From Alphaproteobacteria bacterium (GTDB taxonomy: Bacteria > Pseudomonadota > Alphaproteobacteria > MPNO01): a stretch of DNA of 64,000 nucleotides. Positions 52,445 through 62,058 of this stretch are shown piece by piece; position 1 is the stretch's first letter, and every line of letters begins with the position of its first letter. The position numbers and the translations under genes are program-made. Under the pieces are notes generated by a model. That model had not been told where the DNA came from. It saw only the letters and a program-made list of their open reading frames with translations, and searched no databases. Location: NCBI GenBank assembly GCA_965248835.1, contig CBDFLJ010000001.1, positions 1,184,001 to 1,248,000 of the forward strand, read 5' to 3'.

Positions 52445-53701
52445 CTACTGGTTCATGGAATCGAAGAAATCCGGATTGCTTTTGGTGTCCTTGATCTTGT
52501 CGACCAGGAATTCCATCGCGTCGGTCACCCCCATCGGGGTGAGGATACGGCGCAGCACCCACATCTTCGACAGTGTGCCGCGGTCGACCAGGAGCTCCTC
52601 CTTGCGGGTGCCGGACTTGGTGATGTCCATCGCCGGGAAGGTGCGCTTGTCGGCGAGCTTGCGGTCGAGGATGATCTCCGAATTGCCGGTGCCCTTGAAC
52701 TCCTCGAAGATGACCTCGTCCATGCGCGAGCCGGTATCGATCAACGCCGAGGAGATGATCGTCAGGGAGCCGCCGTCCTCGATATTGCGCGCCGCGCCGA
52801 AGAATCGCTTGGGACGCTGCAGGGCGTTGGCGTCCACGCCGCCGGTCAGCACCTTGCCCGAGCTCGGCACCACGGTGTTGTAGGCGCGCGCCAGCCGGGT
52901 GATCGAGTCCAGCAGGATCACCACGTCGCGCTTGTGCTCGACTAGGCGCTTGGCCTTCTCGATCACCATCTCGGCGACCTGAACGTGGCGCGTCGCCGGC
53001 TCATCGAAGGTCGAGCTGATCACCTCGCCCTTGACCGAGCGCTGCATGTCGGTGACTTCCTCGGGCCGTTCGTCGATCAACAGAACGATCAGGTAGACCT
53101 CGGGGTGGTTGGCTGCGACCGAATGGGCGATCCCCTGGAGCATCATCGTCTTGCCGGTGCGCGGCGGGGCAACGATCAGCGCCCGCTGCCCCTTCCCCAG
53201 CGGCGTGATCAGATCGATGATCCGGGTGGTCAGGTCCTTCTTGGTCGGGTCCTCGACCTCAAGGGAGATCTTGTCGTCTGGGTAGAGCGGGGTGAGGTTG
53301 TCGAAGTTGATCCGGTGGCGGATGCGGTCCGGATCCTCGAAATTGATCTGGTTGACCTTGAGCAGGGCGAAATAGCGCTCGCCCTCCTTGGGCGAGCGGA
53401 TCTGACCTTCGACGGTATCGCCGGTGCGCAGGGCGAAACGCCGGATCTGGCTGGGCGAGACGTAGATGTCGTCGGGACCGGGTAGATAGTTCGCTTCCGG
53501 CGAGCGCAGAAAGCCGAAGCCGTCCTGAAGGGTTTCCAGCACGCCATCGCCGGATATGATGACGTCGTTCTCGGCCAGTTGCTTGAGGATCGCGAACATC
53601 ATGTCCTGCTTGCGCAGGGCGGATGCGTTTTCGATCTCGAGGTCTTCGGCGAAGGAGAGCAAGTCCGCCGGAGACTTCTGCTTGAGTTCTTGCAGGTTCA
53701 T
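52445..53701 (-). CDS. rho: transcription termination factor Rho
   Basis: [40 protein letters not shown]. Confidence 0.98.
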   Translation of the reverse strand: MNLQELKQKSPADLLSFAEDLEIENASALRKQDMMFAILKQLAENDVIISGDGVLETLQDGFGFLRSPEANYLPGPDDIYVSPSQIRRFALRTGDTVEGQIRSPKEGERYFALLKVNQINFEDPDRIRHRINFDNLTPLYPDDKISLEVEDPTKKDLTTRIIDLITPLGKGQRALIVAPPRTGKTMMLQGIAHSVAANHPEVYLIVLLIDERPEEVTDMQRSVKGEVISSTFDEPATRHVQVAEMVIEKAKRLVEHKRDVVILLDSITRLARAYNTVVPSSGKVLTGGVDANALQRPKRFFGAARNIEDGGSLTIISSALIDTGSRMDEVIFEEFKGTGNSEIILDRKLADKRTFPAMDITKSGTRKEELLVDRGTLSKMWVLRRILTPMGVTDAMEFLVDKIKDTKSNPDFFDSMNQ

Positions 53702-53854
53702 GCGAATACCAGCTGTTGCGAAGCGAGGAGAATCCGCGCGCTTGCGGTGGGTATCTCACGGCGGAGATGCCGTTGCCCCAGGTGGTCTTGGTTTTTTGAA
53801 TTGTTGTTGGAATGGTCGTCGCTTCGGGGCTATTGCCCGAATTTACGCAGGCAT

Positions 53855-53883
53855 CCTTTAACCAATAGCGAGCGCGGTGTCAA
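53855..53883 (-). promoter_or_regulatory. putative sigma70 promoter of rho
   Basis: Minus strand TTGACA, 17-nt spacer, TAAAGG. Confidence 0.5.
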
Positions 53884-53896
53884 ATGCTGTTTGCGC

Positions 53897-54346
53897 TTAG
53901 AAAGGCTTGACGACGATCACGATGACGATGGCGACCATCAGCACCGTCGGCGCCTCGTTCGCGATCCGGTAGTAGCGCGCATCATGGCTGTTGCGTTCTT
54001 CGGCGAAGGCGCGCTGCCAGCGCACGTTGCAGTCGTAGAGCGCGAACATGCCTACCAGCAGGACGATCTTGGCATAGGGCCAGACGCTCGACCAGTCGAC
54101 GGCCCCTGGCGTAAGCCCGAGCAGAAGACCGGAAGCCAGAGACGCCAGCATCGCCGGCGTAATGATCACGCGCAGCAAGCGGCGCTCCATCACCTTGAGC
54201 ATCTCGGAGGCCTCGCTGCCCGGCACCGCCCCGCTGTGATAAACGAACAGCCGCGGCAAATAGAGCATGCCGGCCATCCAGGCGATCACCGAGATGACGT
54301 GGAGCGCCTTCATCCAGGTATAGGTCTCGGCGAGCCAGGCTGTCAT
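53897..54346 (-). CDS. hemJ: protoporphyrinogen oxidase HemJ
   Basis: KALHVISVIAWMAG..YLPRLFVYH, MERRL, NE.PT. Confidence 0.92.
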   Translation of the reverse strand: MTAWLAETYTWMKALHVISVIAWMAGMLYLPRLFVYHSGAVPGSEASEMLKVMERRLLRVIITPAMLASLASGLLLGLTPGAVDWSSVWPYAKIVLLVGMFALYDCNVRWQRAFAEERNSHDARYYRIANEAPTVLMVAIVIVIVVKPF

Positions 54347-55392
54347 ACCGGCGCGCACGCTTGGCCGGCACCGCCGATCGGGCAAGCCGCACACCCCGCC
54401 GGGCAAACCCGGCCGCCGCCGCCCGGCGCGGTCCCGGCGGGCCGATCGGCCGCCTGGCGCACCAGCCGCACGAGGCCGTCGATGAACCGCGGGTCGGTGC
54501 CGACCGTTGCCACCCGCGTGTAGCGCGGCACGCCGGTGCGCTCGGCGAGCAGGCGATGGTCCTGATCGAGCTCGACCAGGGTCTCGGAATGCTCCGAGAC
54601 GAAGGCGATCGGCACGACCACCAGCGGCTTCGCCTCTGCACCGGCTCGCGCGATCTCGGTATCGGTATAAGGCCCGGTCCATTCGAGAGGCCCGACACGG
54701 CTCTGATAGCACACCACCTGGTCGAGATCCGGGCGCGCCAGCCGCGCTCTGATGGAAGCGGCCGTGCGCTCGACTTGTGCGGTATAGGGATCGCCCGCTG
54801 CAACGAAGGCCTTGGGGATGCCGTGTGCGGTGTAAAGAATACGCGGCGCCGGTCCGGACCATGCGGCGAGTACAGCTTCCAGCTCGGCCGCGATCGCCTC
54901 GATGAAACCCGGGTCATCGGGGTAACAGCAGATCGTCCGCGTCGGCGCGCTCAGCCTGTCGGCAGCAAGCGTTTGCCATTGCTGCAACGAGGACGCCGTC
55001 GTGGTCGTGGAATATTGCGGATAGAGCGGAAGCAGCACGATTTCATCGGCGCCGTAGCCTGCGACATCCTCGACCACCCGATCGGCCATCGGATGCCAGT
55101 AGCGCATGCAAACAAAGACCCTGACATGGTCCTCGCCCAGCGCAGCCTCCAAGGCTGCTGCCTGGGCCTCGGTCTGCTCCAGGAGTGGTGACCGCCCGCC
55201 GAGTCGGCGATAGATCTCCCGCGCTGTCCCGGCGCGGTGCCGCGAGATCATCCGGGCCAAGAACCAGCGCAGCACAGCGCCCTGGCGCAGGATCGCGGGG
55301 TCACTGAACAGGTTGAACAGGAACGGCCGGACCGCATCCAGGCTGTCGGGACCGCCGAGATTAAACAGGACGACCGCCCTGCGACGGCTCAC
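54343..55392 (-). CDS. hemH: ferrochelatase
   Basis: NLGGP, MRYWHP, PLYPQYS.TT, YQSRVGP..W, FVSEHSETL.ELD. Confidence 0.95.
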   Translation of the reverse strand: MSRRRAVVLFNLGGPDSLDAVRPFLFNLFSDPAILRQGAVLRWFLARMISRHRAGTAREIYRRLGGRSPLLEQTEAQAAALEAALGEDHVRVFVCMRYWHPMADRVVEDVAGYGADEIVLLPLYPQYSTTTTASSLQQWQTLAADRLSAPTRTICCYPDDPGFIEAIAAELEAVLAAWSGPAPRILYTAHGIPKAFVAAGDPYTAQVERTAASIRARLARPDLDQVVCYQSRVGPLEWTGPYTDTEIARAGAEAKPLVVVPIAFVSEHSETLVELDQDHRLLAERTGVPRYTRVATVGTDPRFIDGLVRLVRQAADRPAGTAPGGGGRVCPAGCAACPIGGAGQACAPV

Positions 55393-56429
55393 CGGCCGCT
55401 TCCCTTGACCGCCTCGATCAGCCGGCCGACATGCTCGGGCGGCGTGCCCGGCAGCACGCCGTGGCCGAGATTGAAGATGTGAGCACCATTGCCCAGGGCC
55501 GCACAGATCCCGGCCGCCTCCGCCGCCATCCCCGCACCGCCGGCGAGCAAGGCAACCGGGTCGAGGTTGCCCTGAACCACCGCGGCCGGCTGAAGCGTAC
55601 GCGCGGCCCAGGCTGGGTCGACCGATGCGTCGATCGAGACCGCGGCGACGGCCTCGAGCGCCGCGTAGTCGGCACTGGCCGCACCGACCCCGCGCGGGAA
55701 GACGATCACCGGCACCTCGGGCACGGCCGCGCATACCGCCTCGGCGATCCGCCGGATCGGCTCCAGCGAATAACGCTTACGCAGCATCGCCGGCAGAACG
55801 CCGGCCCAACTATCGAAGATCTGAACGATTTCCGCACCGGCCCGAACCTGTTCGATCAGATGCTCGGCAACCGCATCGGTCAGGATCCCGATCAGCGCGT
55901 CGAACGGCTCCGGCGCTTCATAGGCGAAACGCCGGGCCGCCACATGATCCCGGCTGGTACCGCCTTCGATCATATAGCTCGCGATGGTCCATGGCGCACC
56001 GGCGAACCCGATCAGGGCGATCGCATCGGACAGGTCCGAGCGTACCGCAGCGATCGCCCGGTAGACCGCAGCCAGGCGCTCCGTCATTCCAGTCCGCTGG
56101 AGTTCTCGGACATCGCGTGCATCGGAAAGCTTCTCCAGCACCGGGCCGTGCCCTTCCTCGAAAGCAAGCGCGCGGCCGAGCGCATGAGGTATCACCAGGA
56201 TGTCGGAGAAGATGATCGCGGCATCGAGGTCGAACCGGCGGATCGGCTGCAGGGTGGCTTCGGCGGCAAGTTCCGGGGTGTAGCAAAGATCGAGGAACGT
56301 CTTCGCCCGGACACGCAGTTCCCGGTACTCGGGCAGGTAGCGGCCTGCCTGACGCATCAACCATATCGGGGACGTTGCACGCGGGCTTCCCGCCAGAACG
56401 TCGAGGATCGGTTTGACCGTTTGCGTCAC
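55389..56429 (-). CDS. hemE: uroporphyrinogen decarboxylase
   Basis: WLMRQAGRYLPEY, FSDIL, GFAGAPWT, FNLGHG. Confidence 0.96.
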   Translation of the reverse strand: MTQTVKPILDVLAGSPRATSPIWLMRQAGRYLPEYRELRVRAKTFLDLCYTPELAAEATLQPIRRFDLDAAIIFSDILVIPHALGRALAFEEGHGPVLEKLSDARDVRELQRTGMTERLAAVYRAIAAVRSDLSDAIALIGFAGAPWTIASYMIEGGTSRDHVAARRFAYEAPEPFDALIGILTDAVAEHLIEQVRAGAEIVQIFDSWAGVLPAMLRKRYSLEPIRRIAEAVCAAVPEVPVIVFPRGVGAASADYAALEAVAAVSIDASVDPAWAARTLQPAAVVQGNLDPVALLAGGAGMAAEAAGICAALGNGAHIFNLGHGVLPGTPPEHVGRLIEAVKGSGR

Positions 56430-56857
56430 CGTTCGACCAGGTTACGAAGCCTTGCCTGGGGATAACCTTCAAACCCTTATATAAAGTCTAATTTGATAGT
56501 TGTCGTTGTAGTAGGCGTCTAATTGCGGGGATTAAGGATTGTTACAGAATTGTGAACGGAGTTTTCCAGCATCCGGTCGATTGCGCCGCATGGGCGGTGC
56601 GTGGCGTGGATAAGCACGCAAACCGGTGTGTCCAGCCGGAAAATCCTGTGCTCGTTCTGTGGAGAAGGTCTATCGGACGTGCTGCCGAACGTTGCACTTA
56701 TCGCACCATCCCCGGCTGTGAGGGATCGATGCCGCGCGCTGTAATTCAGGGCATACAAACGATAGACTACGGATCGAATCGCGGCGTGTCCGGCTGCCGG
56801 CGGACTTATCCCCGATGACCCGGGCACAGCGTGAACAAGCGATGGATAATCCTCGCC
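56430..56857. other. oriC: chromosomal replication origin (oriC) candidate
   Basis: Non-coding, AT-rich gap upstream of hemE (typical alphaproteobacterial location); DnaA-box-like TGGGGATAA 56457-56465, CGTGGATAA 56605-56613, TGTGGAGAA 56658-56666, TTATCCCCG 56806-56814; parABS 12-14 kb away. Confidence 0.85.
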
Positions 56858-57466
56858 ATGGGTCAGGATGCATCTGCGGTTGTCCTCGCCTCGGCAAGCA
56901 GGACTCGGGCGGTGTTGTTACGCGGCGCAGGGCTCGATGTCGCGGCGATGCCGCCTGGGATCGATGAGGAGCGGCAAAAACGGGACCTGCGCCGGGCCGG
57001 GATCGAGGGCGAGGATCTGGCTGCCGCCCTTGCCGAAGAGAAGGCCCGCAGCGTTGCCGACCGCGCCGCGGACCGGCTCGTCATCGGCGCCGATCAGGTC
57101 CTGATCCTGGGCGATGCGGTGTTCGACAAGCCGAAGAGTCGTGATGAAGCGGCGGCCCAGTTGCGAGCCCTGCGCGGGCGTTGGCACATGCTTGCCAGCG
57201 CGACGTGCGTCCTGGAGGCCGGCCAGCCGGCGTGGCGGAAGACCGAAAGAGCGCGGCTGCGCATGCGCCGGTTCGGCGATGGCTTCATCGAGTCCTATCT
57301 CGATCGCATCGGGCCGGAAGCGCTCCAGGGTCCGGGGTCCTACCGTGTCGAGGGGCCGGGCATCCAGCTCTTCGAGGCCATCGAGGGCTGTCATTCGACC
57401 ATCCTCGGCCTGCCGCTGCTGCCGCTGCTCGCCCACTTGCGCACGCGCGGGGTGATCGCTGCATGA
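56858..57466 (+). CDS. maf: Maf family nucleotide pyrophosphatase
   Basis: LASAS..R, IDE, KA..V, IGADQ, KP, ILGLPL. Confidence 0.88.
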   Translation: MGQDASAVVLASASRTRAVLLRGAGLDVAAMPPGIDEERQKRDLRRAGIEGEDLAAALAEEKARSVADRAADRLVIGADQVLILGDAVFDKPKSRDEAAAQLRALRGRWHMLASATCVLEAGQPAWRKTERARLRMRRFGDGFIESYLDRIGPEALQGPGSYRVEGPGIQLFEAIEGCHSTILGLPLLPLLAHLRTRGVIAA

Positions 57467-58311
57467 CGATCACCGGTGCAACTACGGTCGCCGGCGTGAT
57501 GGGCTGGCCGGTCGTCCATTCGCGTTCGCCGCGTCTGCATAATTTTTGGCTGGCGCGCTATGGCATCGACGGCGCCTATGTGCCCTTTGCGGTGCCGCCC
57601 GATGGCCTCGAAGCCGCCTTGCGCGCGCTGCCGCATCTCGGAATCGCCGGCACCAACGTGACGATCCCGCACAAGGAGGAGACATTCCGCGTCCTCGATA
57701 CGAGCGATGATCTTGCCCGGCGCATCGGTGCGGCCAACACGGTCTTCGTACAATCCGATGGCACGTTGGCGGGGACCAATACCGATGTTTTCGGGTTCCG
57801 CGAGGCGCTGCGCAGCCGCCATCCCGGCTGGTCGGGCGCGGCGGGGCCGGCGGTGGTCTTGGGCGCCGGCGGTGCGGCCTGCGCTGTTCTGGCTGCGCTT
57901 CAGGACGAGTGTGCTCCGGAGATCCGGCTGGTCAACCGCACGCGCGCACGCGCCGAGGCCCTGCGGGATCGTTTCGGGCCGCCGGTCGCGGTAACCGGCT
58001 GGGACGAGCGCGAGGCCGCGCTCGACGGCGCCAGCCTGCTGGTCAACACGACCGCGCTCGGCATGGCCGGCGGCGCTGCGCTGGACATCCGCCTGGATGC
58101 GCTGCCGCCCTCCGCGGTGGTCAACGATATCGTCTACACGCCGCTGGAAACGCCGCTGCTCGCCGCCGCCCGGGCGCGGGGCTGCGCGGCGGTCGACGGG
58201 TTGGAGATGCTGCTCCACCAGGCCCGGCCCGGCTTCGCCGGCTGGTTCGGCCGCGAGCCCGAGGTCGATGATGCGCTGCGCGGCCATGTCATGGCCGACC
58301 TCGGCCGGTGA
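57463..58311 (+). CDS. aroE: shikimate dehydrogenase
   Basis: HSRSP..H, NVTIPHK, IGAANT, NTD, GAGGAA, NRT. Confidence 0.95.
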   Translation: MTITGATTVAGVMGWPVVHSRSPRLHNFWLARYGIDGAYVPFAVPPDGLEAALRALPHLGIAGTNVTIPHKEETFRVLDTSDDLARRIGAANTVFVQSDGTLAGTNTDVFGFREALRSRHPGWSGAAGPAVVLGAGGAACAVLAALQDECAPEIRLVNRTRARAEALRDRFGPPVAVTGWDEREAALDGASLLVNTTALGMAGGAALDIRLDALPPSAVVNDIVYTPLETPLLAAARARGCAAVDGLEMLLHQARPGFAGWFGREPEVDDALRGHVMADLGR

Positions 58312-58324
58312 AGGCGCGGCCGTG

Positions 58325-59029
58325 ATGGTGATCGTCGGCCTGACCGGCTCGATCGGCATGGGCAAGACCACCGCGGCGTCCATGCTGCGCGGCATGGGCC
58401 TGCCGGTCTACGACTCCGATAAGGCGGTGCACGGGCTCCTGGAATGCGGCGGTGCGGCGGTGCCGCTGGTCGCTGCGGCCTTCCCCGACGTGGTCAAGGA
58501 CGGCGCCGTCGACCGGGCCGCGCTGCGCGCGCGGGTATTCGACGATACCGCGGCGCTGCGGCGTCTGGAGGCTATCGTCCACCCGATGGTGCGGCGCGTC
58601 CAGGGCCGCTTTCTGCGGGCTGCTGCCGGCCGCCGTGCGAGGCTGGTGGTGCTCGACATCCCGCTGCTGTTCGAGGTCGGGCTCGATGCGATCTGCGATG
58701 CGGTGATCGTGATGACCGCCCCCGCCTTCGTGCAGCGGGCAAGAGTGCTTGCCCGGCCCGGGATGACCGCCGAGGCGCTGGCGGGGATCATCGCTCACCA
58801 GGTCGGTGACGGCGAGAAACGCCGTCGGGCGGATTTCGTCATTCCCAGCAGCCTTGGGCGCGCCTGGACCTTGCGGCGCCTCGAGGCTGCCGTCAAAGTG
58901 CTCCAGACCGCAACCGGCCGGCACTGGCCGCCGGCCGCCCACCTCCCGAGATACAGAGGCTATGCGCGAAATCGTCCTCGATACCGAAACCACCGGGCTC
59001 GATCCCCAGGCGGGCCATCGGATCGTTGA
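58325..59029 (+). CDS. coaE: dephospho-CoA kinase
   Basis: [24 protein letters not shown]; 3' end overlaps dnaQ. Confidence 0.93.
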   Translation: MVIVGLTGSIGMGKTTAASMLRGMGLPVYDSDKAVHGLLECGGAAVPLVAAAFPDVVKDGAVDRAALRARVFDDTAALRRLEAIVHPMVRRVQGRFLRAAAGRRARLVVLDIPLLFEVGLDAICDAVIVMTAPAFVQRARVLARPGMTAEALAGIIAHQVGDGEKRRRADFVIPSSLGRAWTLRRLEAAVKVLQTATGRHWPPAAHLPRYRGYARNRPRYRNHRARSPGGPSDR

Positions 59030-59633
59030 GATCGGCTGCCTGGAGCTGATCAACCATATTCCCTCGGGGCGGACCTTCCATACCTACATCAACCCCGAAC
59101 GCGCCATGCCGGACGATGCCTTCGAGGTCCATGGCCTGTCCGATGCGTTTCTGTCCGACAAGCCTCTGTTCGCCGCCGTCGCAGGGGATTTCCTGGAGTT
59201 TCTGGGCGATGCGATGCTGGTGATCCACAATGCGCAGTTCGACCTGGGCTTCCTCAACGCCGAGCTCGGCAAGCTTGGAAAGGACCGGCTGACGGAGGAC
59301 CGCGCGATCGACACCGTCCAGCTCGCGCGCCGCAAGTTTCCCGGCGCGCCGGCGAGCCTGGATGCGCTGTGCAGGCGTTTCGAGATCGACAACGCCGCGC
59401 GGACCAAGCACGGCGCGCTGCTCGATGCCGAATTGCTGGCAGAAATCTATCTGGAGCTGATCGGCGGCCGCCAGCCGTCGCTGGGGCTGGCTGCTTCGGG
59501 CGCGGCGCGCCAAGCCGCCGGCCCGCGCGCGCGGGCCGCGCCGACCGCGCGGGTCCATGAGCCCAGCGCGCAGGAGCGCGCGGCCCACGAGGCCTTCGTC
59601 GACACCCTGACGGATCCGATCTGGAAGCGCTAA
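58962..59633 (+). CDS. dnaQ: DNA polymerase III epsilon subunit
   Basis: LDTETTG, HNAQFD, HGALLDA DEDDh motifs. Confidence 0.95.
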   Translation: MREIVLDTETTGLDPQAGHRIVEIGCLELINHIPSGRTFHTYINPERAMPDDAFEVHGLSDAFLSDKPLFAAVAGDFLEFLGDAMLVIHNAQFDLGFLNAELGKLGKDRLTEDRAIDTVQLARRKFPGAPASLDALCRRFEIDNAARTKHGALLDAELLAEIYLELIGGRQPSLGLAASGAARQAAGPRARAAPTARVHEPSAQERAAHEAFVDTLTDPIWKR

Positions 59634-59645
59634 GCGGGCGGTGCC

Positions 59646-60146
59646 TTAGGCCACCGGGAAGCCGTCCCGCTCGGCGTGGTTTTCCATATAGAGCGCCGCG
59701 AAATCGATCGGGCCGATCATCAGCGGTGGGAAGCCGCCGTCCCGCGTGGTGTTGGCGACCACCGCCCGGGCGAACGGGAACAGGTGGCGCGGCCCTTCGA
59801 TCAGCACTAGCGGGCGGACGTCCTCCTCGGGGACTTCGCCGACTATGACGATGCCGCCATAGGTCAGCTCGACGATGAAAACGGTCTTGTCCGCCGCGGC
59901 CGCTTCGCCGCGGATGAACAGGGAGACCTCGAACGCGTTCTCGGCGATCGGCCGGGCCGAGGTATTGACCTCGACCGCAACGCTCGGGTTCTCAGACAGG
60001 CCGGCGGCCATCTCGGCGCCCAGCGGGTTCTCGAAGGACAGGTCCTTTATGTATTGGGCGCCGATCATCAACGGGGCCTGAGCCTGCGCCGCCTCGTCCT
60101 CGTCCGCACCGTTCCCGCCGGACGGATCCAGGGATTCATCGCTCAT
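59646..60146 (-). CDS. secB: protein-export chaperone SecB
   Basis: QYIKDLSFENP, LFPFAR, GGFPPL, PIDF..LY. Confidence 0.93.
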   Translation of the reverse strand: MSDESLDPSGGNGADEDEAAQAQAPLMIGAQYIKDLSFENPLGAEMAAGLSENPSVAVEVNTSARPIAENAFEVSLFIRGEAAAADKTVFIVELTYGGIVIVGEVPEEDVRPLVLIEGPRHLFPFARAVVANTTRDGGFPPLMIGPIDFAALYMENHAERDGFPVA

Positions 60147-60177
60147 TCGCCCCTCCATCTGTGGCCAGGGGCCGTGG

Positions 60178-60744
60178 CTAACATGGATCGCTGGGCCGGA
60201 CAACCTCGCCCGGATTTGCCTGCCGGCGCTGCCGCAGACGGATCCGGCTGCCGTTGGTGATGCGCTCGCCGGTCAGCGCGCGGATCACGCCCCAATGGGT
60301 GATCACCGCGATGCGGTTCCAGCGCGGGTCGGCCGCCCAATGCCGCGCGAAGGCCTCGCACCGGGCAACGAAGCTGGTCTCGGGCTCCTCGCCATCCGGC
60401 CACCAGATCTCCTGTAGGTGGGAGAAGTCGTAGTCCGGCCATGTCCGCGCGAGGTCCGCGCGCGGCGAGCCGACATCGCAGGAGAACGCGTAGCGCTCGC
60501 GCACCCGGTCGTCGATCAGCACAGGCAGGTCGAGTCCGGCGGCGACGATCCGGGCAGTCTGCAGGGCGCGGCGGTAGGGGCTGGCGAGGATCAGCTCGAT
60601 CTCTTCGCCGGCCAGCGCGGCCGCCACGGCGCCAGCCTGGCGGTGGCCTTCCTCGGTCAGCTCCGGATCCTGGACACCAGGGTCCACGCGGGTCGCGCTG
60701 TAGACCACGTTGAAGATCGTCTGGCCGTGCCGGATCAGGATCAT
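60178..60744 (-). CDS. histidine phosphatase family protein
   Basis: IRHGQ, SPY.RA.QTA, THWG. Confidence 0.85.
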   Translation of the reverse strand: MILIRHGQTIFNVVYSATRVDPGVQDPELTEEGHRQAGAVAAALAGEEIELILASPYRRALQTARIVAAGLDLPVLIDDRVRERYAFSCDVGSPRADLARTWPDYDFSHLQEIWWPDGEEPETSFVARCEAFARHWAADPRWNRIAVITHWGVIRALTGERITNGSRIRLRQRRQANPGEVVRPSDPC

Positions 60745-60759
60745 GTGGCGGCGCGCCCC

Positions 60760-61272
60760 TCAGCGGCGGTTCGGCGGGATCCGTGGCCAGGTGCCCGGCT
60801 TCCCGGTCTTCGGCGGGTCGGGATCGACCTCCTCGAACGTGCCGTCGATCACGGTGCCGTCGCGGTCCCGATCGTCCTGCGGCGGCCCGCCCATGCCGGC
60901 CATGTGCACCCGGCCATGGGCCTGCAGCCAGGACAGGATCCGCCTGCGAAGGACCGCTCGGAACGGCGGGGCCATCAGCAGCAGGCCCACCCCATCGGTC
61001 ACGAAGCCCGGCGTCAGCAGCAGCGCGCCGGCGAACACCAGGCACAGACCGTCGAAGACCTCCCGGGCGGGGAACGCACCCTGGTTCAGGCTCGCCTGAG
61101 CGCGCGCCAGGGTCGACAGGCCTTGAAGACGCAACATCCAGGTCCCGAACACCGCGGTCGCGACCACGGCGCCCAGGGTCGGCCACACGCCGATCGCGCC
61201 GCCGACCTCGACCAGCAGGGCGATCTCGACGATCGGAACGACGATGAATGCGAGAAGGATCAGGGCCGGCAT
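60760..61272 (-). CDS. fxsA: FxsA family membrane protein
   Basis: P..EI, GALLLTPGFVTD..GL, VIDG.F. Confidence 0.9.
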   Translation of the reverse strand: MPALILLAFIVVPIVEIALLVEVGGAIGVWPTLGAVVATAVFGTWMLRLQGLSTLARAQASLNQGAFPAREVFDGLCLVFAGALLLTPGFVTDGVGLLLMAPPFRAVLRRRILSWLQAHGRVHMAGMGGPPQDDRDRDGTVIDGTFEEVDPDPPKTGKPGTWPRIPPNRR

Positions 61273-61273
61273 G

Positions 61274-61302
61274 CTTGCGCTTTGTTTGCGTTGGGCCTAT
61301 CT
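61274..61302 (+). promoter_or_regulatory. putative RpoH-type promoter for tim44-mltA
   Basis: CTTGCG-N16-CCTATCT. Confidence 0.5.
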
Positions 61303-61347
61303 ACAGACTCCTGCCGAAGCCGCGACGATGCGCCAAGGGCCGCGATA

Positions 61348-62058
61348 ATGAACGAAGGCTTCCAGTTCCTCGACATTATTTTGTTCGCGATGATCGCGGC
61401 GTTCCTGGTGTTCAGGCTGCGCGGCGTGCTGGGCCGGCGGACGGGGCATCAATCGCGCCCACCGGACAACATGACACAACGACGCAACGATTCCGATGCC
61501 GAGGGCAACGTGATCGAGCTGCCCGACCGGACCGGCGCCGACCGCGGCGCCGCGGATGACGATGAGGCCGAGGCCGAGGCCGAGCTCGAAGACGCTGCCC
61601 TGGACCCGCTCGCTGCCGGGCTCAAGCAGATCCGGGCCGCCGATCCGTCCTTCGATCCCGGCGCGTTCAGCGCCGGCGCGCGCTCGGCCTTCGAGTTGAC
61701 CGTGCATGCCTTCGCCACCGGCGATACCGGCACGCTGCGCTCGCTGCTCAATGACGAGGTGTTCGAGAACTTCCAGCAGGCCATCACCAGCCGCCTGGAA
61801 GCGGCCGAGACCCTGGAGACCACGGTGATCGCCGTCAAATCCGCCGAGATCCTGGAAGCGTCGATGGGCGGGCGCAATGCGGTCCTGACGCTGAAATTCC
61901 TCTCCGAACAAGTCAACGTGACCCGCGATACCGAGGGCAACGTGATCGACGGCGACCCGAACCAGGTCACAGACGTGACCGACATCTGGACGTTCGCGCG
62001 CAACATCCGCTCGCGCGATCCCAATTGGAAGCTGATCGAGACTCGGAGCAACAACTGA
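61348..62058 (+). CDS. Tim44/TimA family protein
   Basis: RL..VLGRRTG, D..FD...F..GA, D.WTF.R......PNW. Confidence 0.9.
   Translation: MNEGFQFLDIILFAMIAAFLVFRLRGVLGRRTGHQSRPPDNMTQRRNDSDAEGNVIELPDRTGADRGAADDDEAEAEAELEDAALDPLAAGLKQIRAADPSFDPGAFSAGARSAFELTVHAFATGDTGTLRSLLNDEVFENFQQAITSRLEAAETLETTVIAVKSAEILEASMGGRNAVLTLKFLSEQVNVTRDTEGNVIDGDPNQVTDVTDIWTFARNIRSRDPNWKLIETRSNN

Noticed and set aside
56519-56545. CtrA-like sites in oriC
   Set aside because: Spacing is TTAA-N6-TTAC and CTAA-N9-TTAA, not N7.
56519-56897. Short ORFs within the origin gap
   Set aside because: No motifs and atypical composition; the region is better explained as oriC.
58962-59029. 68-nt coaE/dnaQ overlap as a special feature
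   Set aside because: Most simply a lost stop codon giving a low-complexity tail; no sign of function.
61567-61584. GCCGAG x3 tandem repeat in tim44
   Set aside because: In-frame AEAEAE in an acidic linker; too short to suggest phase variation.
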